Shown here: in pieces, positions 53,968 to 64,000 of the stretch
How positions within the stretch are numbered: the stretch's first letter is position 1
How the letters are laid out: each line of letters begins with the position of its first letter
DNA from: Geosiphon pyriformis uo1
Lineage: Eukaryota; Fungi; Glomeromycota
DNA: 64,000 nt
Reading direction: 5' to 3'
Assembly (NCBI GenBank): GCA_016748015.1
Contig: JAAOMT010000289.1
Coordinates: 321,639 to 385,638 of the forward strand
The notes under the pieces: generated by a model
The model's input: only the letters and a program-made list of their open reading frames with translations
Database searches by the model: none
What the model was told of the DNA's origin: nothing
Position numbers and translations under genes: made by a program

Positions 53968-56399
53968 AGCTCCTGCGATACGTCCTCAACGTTCAATTTC
54001 ATAATTTTTATTTGGTGATGTGTCTTCCCCCAAGCAGATAACTAAATAAGCATGGTTGTAAAATATAAATCTGTGAAGAACCCCGCGTTGTAATTATCTT
54101 ACATAGGAAAGCACCGGCAATAATTTCCAAAGCTTTTTCCTACGATTGATAGACAACAATTGAATCGGCAGTATCCTATTTTTTTGAGCAAGTTTCATAA
54201 TTGTTATATTATATAAAATAAAATTATTCAAATGTTTTATGGACTTATTTGATTATTTTTTGTAATGTTAATGTTACATTTAATAATACATATATAAAAA
54301 TGAAATCAATGAATTTAAATTTATATAAACGGCTTTTATGATTAAAAATTTGGAATTTTTGACTGGTCAAAAAAGGTCTGTTTAGTTGATCCTCATACCA
54401 CAAATAGCCAAAAAGCCAAAAAGAGAAATATTTTGTTACTTTTTCTTTTACCCAGTTTCTTTTACAAACTATTTCTTTCCCAAACCCTTTTGTTCAGGAA
54501 CTAGCAGCAGTAAACGTCTCTACCAAAATTATGTTCAAGGAAAAGGTTGGGAGGGGAACCAGCTCGAGTAACAATTTAACAAGTCAGAATTATTGTTATT
54601 ACCAACTGGAAATTACCAAAATGATAAACCGGATTATTAGGCCTAATTCCACAATCGCCGATCCCATTTTCATAGTTATTAGGACAACATTTCAATCTTC
54701 ATCTTAAAATTAGCACAAAATAATAATTCTTAATTCACAGATGTAACAAAATACTATAATTAAAACATGCAAAATTCTGAACTTTTGATACAAGCAGTTT
54801 TAGCTGAAGTTCATGAAATTTCAAATAGTTTAGATAAAATTTAACCAGTTTAAGTTGAAATTCTTTGAAATAATGAATAGTTTATTGAAAGTCATATTCA
54901 TTTTTAAGAAATTAACAAATATTTTAATAAAAATAAAAAATAAAAAATTGTAAAAAAAAGTTTTTTTCTTTTAAAAAATTTATTTTATAATAGATATCAA
55001 AAATAATAGCTTATACTTAAAATAAACTTTAATTTACAAAAACAAATTTTTTTAATTGAAAAAAAAATAGTTTTTTGAATATTTCTTATTTTATTGTAAA
55101 AAAAACCAAAAAAATTACAGTTATTTGGTTATTAACTATTAACATATTAATTATCTTAAAATACTAAATTCAGAATAAGTATTATTATTATTACTTAAGA
55201 GAAAATTAAGTTTTTGGAAATTTTTAAAATTTAAATATTTTATTATTAAGTTTTATATTTTAAAAAAAAAAGCTTTTAGAATTTATTAAAAATTAACAAA
55301 CAAATAAATTTGGATTAATTAAAACAAATTTTCAAAATTTAAGTTATTATATTTAAAAACTTTTTATAATTAAAACTAAATAATAATTGTTTAAAAAACT
55401 TGAATTTAAATATTAATTTACAATATTTTAAAAAATTATATTGTATTAACAAAATTAAACCAAAATTTTAATAGTAATATATAAGTAAAAAATTTGAATT
55501 ATTATTAATAATATACATGTTTTTTTTAAATTACTTGTAATATTATATTTAATAATATTTTTTAAACTTGTTAATTTTAAAAACAAAAAAATTAAATTTT
55601 AAAATTAAATTTAATTTTATTTAACTTTTACAATTATTGTTGATTAAAAAAACATTACATTTTAAATATTATTAAAAATAAAAAACTTTATATTATTTGG
55701 TTAAAAATTAAGATTTATTTTAGTATATTAAATAATAAGATAGTTAACAAACTAATTAGCATTATTTTTTTTCAAATTTAATACTGTTAATTTGTGTTTA
55801 AAAAAGATATATTAGAATTAATAATATAATAATTTTAAAAAATAATCAATATTTTATTTGTAATGTTTTTAAAATAATAAATTAAATATATTAAAAAATT
55901 GGTTTTGATACAAAAATTTTAAATAAAAGTTTGCTTGAAAATATTAATTAGATTCAATTATTTTTGGTTTAATATCTTAATTTTTACATAATAGCTAGTT
56001 TTATAAATAAATTTACTACTGATTTATGTTTCTATTTTATGAAATTTCTGTATTATTACTTATTTATTATTATTTATAAATAGTTATATAATAAGTTTTA
56101 TTACAACATATTATGTTTTTTTTATAATATTATTAAATTTTTTATTTTTTATTTTTTGTAAAGCAGATTTTAATACTTATGTTTAATTGTTAATTTTATA
56201 TGCTGCTTTATAAAAATTAGTGTTTAATTTATATAAGTTTATATTATATATATTATATATATTTTTTTTTGTTTATATTTAATAATGTTTTATATATAAC
56301 TTTTAAGAAAAACTTTATTTTTAAGAATTGGTTTTAAAAATTTTTTTTTGTTTTTAAAAATTTTAAAAAAAAACTTCTTTCTCTCTTACTTCCAAAAAA

Positions 56400-58800
56400 C
56401 CCCAAAAAACACTTTTTCAAAAAAGAAGTTTTTTATTTTATTTTTTCTTACTGTTTCTTGCAAACATTTCTCAATCAAATAATCCTTTTGTGGTAAATCT
56501 GGCTGCTGTTTTAGGTAGTACTATGCCTAAAAAGAAGGCACTTATAGGGGTTTTTCATAGTCCTGTTGGGGATTCTTTCTCTCAAAAAAAAAAAGTTTTT
56601 GTTGGTAATGTCAAACATTCTAAAGATGAAAAAAATATTTCTTTGGTCAAACCTGATCCTAGTCATAATGTGTATTCGGATATGGACAGTGTATCTGGTG
56701 ATAGTGGAAATGATAATATTTCTCTTGGTGTTGGCAATAGCTTTTTCTTTGGTTTGGCAACAAACATCCCTAAAGCTAAAAAAGCAACTTCCAATCTGGT
56801 TTGTGGCTCCCTTCTTGGCTCAATTGATTATAGAATAGATAAAGATGATGTGCCTCTCCTTCCTTCTCTTAAAATTTCTCTTGAAAAAAAATGAGTTGAC
56901 TCAAAAATTGTCAAATCTCAAATTGAAATTTCTGTTAGAAAGTCTTTTGTTCTTAACATTAATCTTAATGCTATTGAAAGAAAATCTGTGATGGCAAAGA
57001 CTCAATACATCAGAAAAATTTTTTCATTTGTCAATGGTTTTGGGGGGACCACTACCCTCTCAAAATTTGAAGAAATCATCTGATTGATATTTACTTTAGA
57101 AAAAATCATAGAAATGGCCGTATTATTGGCCAGGGAAAAAAGGATCGATTTAAATAGCAATCTTAAGAGACAAGGAATAAAATCAGATCAGGCTGTGGTG
57201 ATTAAAAAAATTCCCATAGACACACCTAAAAATATGATCATTATCGCAGTATCTGAATTTGGAGAAATTAAGTTGATCAAAATTCAACTGATTGGAATGT
57301 GGCAAAAAGCTGTGGTGGAGTTTGCTGAATTAAGCCAAGCTGATTTGTTAGCCTCTAAGTGGTCATTCCTGATTGGTAAAAATTCTGTACGTATAGCCAA
57401 AGCAGTGGAAAATTGTGAGACTTGGGCATCAAAGGATTAGTTTAGGGCACTTTTGTTTACTTTGCCAATAGAAATGATGGTACATGATCTTGAGACTCTT
57501 CTGGAAAAGTCTGGTGGAAAAATTTGCATCATAAACAGATCTCTGAAAACTGGTAATAGGATTCATTGTGCTGTAATTGGTTTTGAATTTAACAATAATC
57601 TGGAATCCACCTTTCACATAGAGCCAATTTTTGGCAGAGTTAAACTTTCTTGAGCAAGATTGGGTCTGGTTCAGTGTAAAAAATACAGAAAGTTTGATCA
57701 TTCTGCTCTGGAATGTGATATACCTGTTGTGTTCCCATCTGGACCTCCAAGAACATTTAAAAAGATTGCATCTGATGAACATTGTCTTCAGTTGGCAAAG
57801 TTGTATGAAAAAAAAGGTGTCTTAATATCTTACCCTATTGCTTTTGGTGGCAAATTTTGGGCCCAGGTGGTCTCCTTTGTTGGTCCTTCTAATGGTCCTC
57901 ATTTTAGTTCTGGTTCCAGTGCTAGCTTTCCTCTTTCTGATGCTTCAGGTTCTAACATTGGCTCCCCTCTCATTTCAGATAACAACTCATCTCTGAATGC
58001 TCATCTGGCTATTTTGGAATGCTCCTTGGAGCTCTTAATGGATCGGGTGTCTGGTATATTAAAAAAGTTGAGTGACATGAAACTAGTACTGATGGTGACT
58101 TTTTTTAGTGTTTTTTCTCTAGTCACTTCCCCCTCTTTGGTGCTGCATTTAGATGTGGATATGACTGTGGATGATATGTCATTGGCTTCTGCTCCTCCTC
58201 TCTCAGCTGTTGATGATGTGATTCATGGTTTTAGCTCGAGTTTTTCTAAGATTTTGGCCTCTAAGGTGAGCAAATTGGAATCAAAAATGGTATCTTTTGA
58301 GGTCTTAATTGGTTCAGTTTTGGAAAGGCTGGATTGTTTGTGTTCTAGTGCAGGTTCCTCAGCTCCTCTTTCATCTTAATAAGTGATTTGATGTGAAAAG
58401 TGGCTACATGTAATGTCAGAGGCATGAACAATCCTGCCAAACAGGAAAATATTGTTAGATGGCATAAAGATATAGACAATTTGGTTTCAATTTTTATGGA
58501 AACAAAGTTAAAAAATAAGGCTTGCCCTTGGTTGGTAGACAAATTTGATGATGTTTGTGTGTTTTCTTCTGGTTTGAACTCTGGCTATGTGGGAGCTGAT
58601 GTCGCAATTGTTATAAACAGATTCTTGGCTAAGTATGTATATAAGATTTCTGAGGTTCCAGGTTGTTTTCTCTGCATTAGATTACTTTTCAAGAATAAAC
58701 TTTTGGTTTCAATTCTGGAACTGTATGCTGGTGCCTCCTTGGCTACTCAATTTTCCCAGGCTAATGAAATCAATTCCTTGATTGCGAAAACTATAAATGA
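56400..58800 (+). mobile_element. Second LINE copy (related subfamily): ORF1 plus the start of the ORF2 endonuclease, 3'-truncated
   Basis: VIKKIPIDTP...FGEIKLIKIQLIGMWQKAVVEF, WAQVV, LAILECSLELLMDRVSGILKKL, ATCNVRGMN, METKL; colinear with 39.7-41.5 kb. Confidence 0.92.
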
Positions 58801-59250
58801 ATTAATCTGTTGTTAAGCATCTGGTTGATTTTTTGACAAATAATTTCATGACTGGCTGGTGGTATTCTGTATGCTTATTGTTTGATTGGCATTATATCTT
58901 CAGTCTTGATTTGATGCTGGATTATGTCAGTTCTGCCAAATTTGTTTTTGCTAGCAAAGATGTCATTGAAATTGTTGAGTAACATCTTAAGTTGCATATA
59001 TTGTAGTGGGTCTAAGTTCCTTATGTTCATCTGTTCCAACTGTTTCTGTTAGAACAGATAACATTTTTCTCATCCATATATGGTTTGTGATGTAATATCC
59101 ACATATCCACATAGTTGTGGAAAATTTGGAATGGTGTCTGGCTATTGGTCTTTGATTTTGGTGGTTAAATAACTGATAATAGTTCTTTCTGATATCTTTA
59201 CAACATTTCCCATGTTGTTGTAGATGGAAATTTTGATGTAATTATGGTTC
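58801..59250 (-). mobile_element. Gypsy pol fragment (post-dUTPase linker and RT start)
   Basis: Colinear nucleotide similarity to ~1620-2070, e.g. gcaaagatgtcattgaa, gcatatattgtagtg, cagataacatt. Confidence 0.9.
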
Positions 59251-59870
59251 TTAAATTAGTTTTAACAGATATATTATTATTGTTATTATTTAAAACAAAA
59301 AAAAATTATTAATATAAAATTAAAAAATGCTGAATATTATAATTAATATTAACAATACAAAATTGGTAAAAACACCAAAAAAGACAAAAAAATTAGTATT
59401 ATATTTTTAAAAAAAACAAAATTCAAAACAATAAAAAAATACCAAAAAAATTAGCTTTATTATTTTTAAGAAAAAAAAGCATTTTTATTATAGTTATTTA
59501 ACATAGCTTAGCTACTGGTTTTTTGGCATAATTATAACAATATTAAAAGGAGTTTTAATAAGCTGTTTTGAAAAAACTTAAAGAAAACAAACATTTAACT
59601 AAAAATAAAAAAATGCTTTGTTTATTTTGCTCCTTGTTTTTTGGTAATTATAAAAACATAAGAAAAAAAAAATAATTAAAAATAAAAGTTACATATATTT
59701 AGCATTTATAAATTTATTTATATTTAGAAGTTGCTTTTAAAATATAAAATATATAATTAGAATTATTCTTGGATTTTTATAAATATTGCTTAATAATATA
59801 TTTTTAACAAAAAATTTTCTATACTTTATACATTCAACCAAGCCTTTAAAACCTCCGCGAACTCGATATC

Positions 59871-61982
59871 ATGACAGGACTTTTTTCAAAAGAAGCCATA
59901 AAGGTACTATTCCTCTTTGAGATAAACGCAATAGTAACTTTTTGATTTTTGAAACTCTATTCACCACCGAATTACAGAACACAGCTGAAGTGGTGGGAAT
60001 CTCTAATCTTAAAGATAATGTGGCCTCATTGCTCGCGGACGACGTGGAATATAGGATAAACGAAATAATACAAGTTTGTATTCCTATTGGGCCTTTACAA
60101 AGAACTTTTAATTTTAATTTCATTTTCATATAGGAAGCCACCAAATTCATGCATCACTCCAAGCGAACCAAACTCACGGGAGAGGACATAAACAACGCGT
60201 TGCGCATTCGCAACGTTGAAGTGAGTTATATATATTATATATCATATATTATTTATAATTGAAATCCTTCTTTTTCCCAAAAACCAATTATTCTTTTCTC
60301 ATAATGAATGTTTTTCCAGCCTCTATATGGCTTTAATATACCAAATTTGTATAAATTTGAGAGGCTGTCCACAAACACTATCGATCTTTATTACCTCGAA
60401 GATGATGAATTAGATTTTGAAAATATAATTGATATTCCCCTACCCAAAGTTCCACAAGAGGCCACCTATACCGGTATAGTGTCATAAATTTGTCCGAGTT
60501 TCCAATTTCAATATTCCAATTAACATTTCATTTGGAATTATTAAGCCCATTGGCTTGCAGTAGAAGGTGTACAGCCCTCGACACCACATAATCCAATCAC
60601 ATTCAAGGGTAATGATTCTATAATCATACAATCTCTTTTCATTATTCAGTTCATTAATTAGCTATCTACAAATTTTTTCCTTAGCTCCAGAATTTAAAAT
60701 TGAAACAAGCGAGACGAATATAATAAATGAAGGAAATATGTTTATGGCCAATGGTTTAAATGACGCTGAATCAAAGCCTATAGTAAAGCATCCTCTTTCC
60801 CAAGAACATCAAAAATATTATGATACAATCGTCAACGCCGCCCTTACTACAGGTCTTGATGACCAGCTGCGTACGGCGGCATATCACAGTTTACGATCTG
60901 ATCCTGGGATTCATCAACTTCTACCTCATTTCGTTAAATTCATATGTGAAAAGGTCAGTCTTCTTTTATTAAGAAGCTTGCTCTACTAATTAACTTATTT
61001 TAAAGTTTTCATTTCTAATATTCTGCTTACCTAATAAAGGTTGAGGATAATATCAGAAATTTGGAAATTTTAGATTCAATGATGAACATGACCTTATCAC
61101 TCTTGGAGAATAAAAATTTTTTTTTAGATCCTTATGTAAGTGTTCTATCGTACTTGAAAACTAGATTCTTATTCAAAAATCTAGATTGGCTTACTAATGG
61201 TTTTTGTTGATATACTTTTTTGGGAAAACAAATAGCTTCATCAGTTGATTCCTTCAGTATTAACTTGTCTAGTATCGAAACGACTTGGTACCAGATCTAG
61301 CGAAGATCATTGGGTAGTTCGTGATCTATCTGCTAAAATCATAGCCTCTATTGTGAAACGCTACAGAGCAGGTTATAGCACATTACAACCGAGGATCACA
61401 AAAACCTTATTGCTTGCCTTCCTCGACCCTAGCAAAGAGTTTTCTACACATTATGGTGGTATCGTAGGCCTTGTAGCAATGGGATCTGAGGTATATTTTT
61501 AATAATTGACGTTATTTTCAATTATATGTTGAGGTGACCTTAACTAATATTTAAAACAGACAATCAAAATGTTGCTATTGCCGAACTTAAAAACATACGG
61601 GGAGCTGATTAAGACAGAGAGGGAGAGGGGTACCCCTCTAAAGAAAAATGAAGCGGAACGTTGTTTTCAAGCTATTGTGGTAAGGCGAAAATTTAAAAAT
61701 AAAGAACTTGCACCTTTAACATATCATTTTGATCATCGGCCGTTTCAATTATTACACGATCTGTATATAACAGTGCATTCTTTATTTTAGGATGCATTAC
61801 AAAAGTTGGGAGAAGACCTTTTGTTGAGTCCTAGGGTACCACAACAACATTTAAATTCAAACCAGCCTAGTTTAGAAGAAAAACTGAAGGAAAAAATTGG
61901 GGATTTATTTGCCGATGGTCTTATACAAGCCGGTGGAAATCAATATTTGATGCAAGAAATCCTTGATTGTTTCAGCGAATGA
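59871..61982 (+). CDS. TAF6: TFIID/SAGA subunit Taf6, multi-exon
   Basis: LLADDVEYRINEIIQ/EATKFMHHSKRTKLT, NVEPLYG, AHWLAVEGVQP, KHPLSQE, LRSDPGIHQLLPHF, PYLHQLIPSVLTCL, LQPRITKTL. Confidence 0.96.
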
Positions 61983-64000
61983 GAAATCATTGGTTTTCAA
62001 TGGTCGTCTTTGGTGAGATATTATTTTTCATCATTATTAATTCGCGGCAAAAAGCCTCTGGGATGTTCATTCAGCAGGGCAAAACTGGACTGGGAGCCCG
62101 AAACAATGAATTTTCTTGATCAATGAGGAAGTAAAAATCACATATAGCCTTATTTGAGTCATTCACAAAGCGGACTTTAAAAATATGCACAATCTAAAAA
62201 CTACTATACTTCTATTTTAGATATCGGTTGATGGGATCACTTTTAGCAAATGAGCTCATCCCTTTTCTGTTGAATGTATTATTCCACAGGCTCCTATGGG
62301 TTGTCTTAAAATTCACCAACTTCGACAATTCTTTTGTTGTACGGGTGAATATTGTTCAAATATCTTGGCTATGACTTGAAAGAAAATTCAGGTCAAGATT
62401 CTCAAGTTCTTGAACTCTGACCGGAATTGAGATATGTAACCAGTCCCAGACAGCTTTTATATTCACATTTTAGCATATTAGCCATCTTTTTAATGAAACA
62501 AAGCGGGATCATGAACTGGCAATACCTTTGGATCAATAATACCTCAATCTTTACAAAAACTCTTACTTCCTGTTCGCCAAATGTGCCAATCGATGAAAAC
62601 CTTCACATCTTGGGATTATAGGTTGGATTGAATGGGAGAAGAAATTCCATATTCCCAAGCTTGAAAAATAATTCCCACGTGAACCTCTACTTTCCTCATT
62701 TGACGCAAGCATGCCTGGATGATCCCAAATGACACACAGAAAGTTTCAGCTCATCCAAAAACTGGTATGCCTTTCAGCTTTGTGATTGACACTGAAGGAA
62801 GTTTTCTAGTGGGAGAGTTGAATTTGTCGACCGACAAATGGCTCAACAGATTTATCTCGGAAATTAGTCAAAAGACAGGGCAATTGGTTGGAAGTAACAA
62901 TTTGTGCGAAATCACAAGCAATGACGTGGATGGATACCACGGATCCCAAGAAAAAAGAAATTCATCTACCTTATTCCATTTCAACGCACGTAAATTTGTG
63001 CACGTAAAATCAGAGATCGATTGTCAGATATATACCCACTCATAATTTAAGTTTGAGTTAAATTGTTTTTTGATTCATTTTATTCGGTGAATCACCAATA
63101 ATAAATGAATAGTCTATAAAATGTAAAAAGACGCTGATAAAAAATTCGCAATACACAAAACAGCAGTTATTTAATCTGGGAATTTATTGATAATTATTGC
63201 AAAATAAGTTAGATATAGTTTTTTAATATTAAGCATATCATTTATAAATAAATAAAAATGTAAAATAAAAATATTATTAAATTTAAATACTATGTAAATA
63301 TTATGATAATAAATATTTTTGAAATATTAAACAAAGTAGTTAAAAATCCTCTTACCATTTTTATTAATGTTTAATTACCAAGATTTAAGTCTATATTGTT
63401 TTCTAAAATGAAACTTAAATGTATAACTGCTACAAATTGCTGTAATATACAAATGAAAATTGATTCTTTTTTAGGCATTGCTTGATGGAGCCTTTAATCC
63501 TCTTTTCGAGGACATGTAACAATGCCACATCGGGAACTTGAGATCTCTGTTCCCAGCATCACGATTCTTATTGATCAATGTACAGATCATTTGAAAAATA
63601 AGATTTATTTATCAGTTGTTTACCAAAACTTTGAAGTTTATTACTTTTAGTAGCAATGAACAAGTTTCTTGCGTTTGTATTTCAGCAATTGTTGTGCTTA
63701 AAAGTTTCCCATATTTTTTATTTGGGAAATATTGGCATGTAGGTGTACCGCGGAATATCAAGACTTGTCTCTTGAATCTTCATTCCCATTTATTTCCCAT
63801 GACAGGCTATAGAGAACGAATGTGAATTGAGCTGATTCCAACAATCGAATCAGGATTGTTTCCCACGTAGTTTATCTGAGACCAGTTCTCGAAAATCAGA
63901 TATAATTTTGTTCTCTTTTTTGGCCTTTTCTTCTTGGCTGTTCACGAACATTGAAGATTAAAATAATTTGATAATAATAGAAAAAAAAACTGGAAATCAC

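Noticed and set aside
54386-54850. Moderately GC-rich stretch after NHA1, possibly a transposon 5' end
   Set aside because: No motif, TIR or homolog within the window to support a call.
62221-63045. TGA-rich frame suggesting a code-4 insert (mitovirus or Mollicutes-related endobacterium)
   Set aside because: The same frame has TAA/TAG stops at ~62437-62493, and no RdRp motifs (DxxxATD, GDD) are present.

Overview
Eukaryotic, intron-rich fungal nuclear DNA (introns mostly about 70-100 nt, GT-AG). Gene content, AT richness and the transposon families point to Glomeromycotina, most resembling Geosiphon (inference, not a database result). The window alternates between compact CpG-rich gene islands and decayed transposon blocks that grade into near-pure A/T. 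From left to right: (1) a degenerate Ty3/gypsy element carrying a dUTPase, with tandem LTRs (1-7.85 kb); (2) a gene island (9.3-36 kb) with an EAF3/MRG gene fused to a GATA zinc finger, MDV1, MTR10, SWF1, a p31comet-like gene, a Ubc4/Ubc14-like E2, RPL10, GLR1, MSH1 and ECM4; (3) a Tc1/mariner relic, a near full-length LINE with a candidate TSD, gypsy relics and tiny LINE 3'-end insertions (36.3-50.3 kb); (4) NHA1; (5) a second LINE fused to a gypsy fragment; (6) TAF6. The most notable observations are the Eaf3-GATA fusion, RIP-like directional C>T/G>A decay of long repeats while short fragments escape it, 50-70 nt retroposed units made only of the LINE 3' structure, an AUG-less mitochondrial-presequence-like extension on GLR1, and a hairpin enclosing a possible alternative exon in ECM4 intron 1. 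Exon boundaries were read by eye; CDS coordinates are start-to-stop spans including introns.
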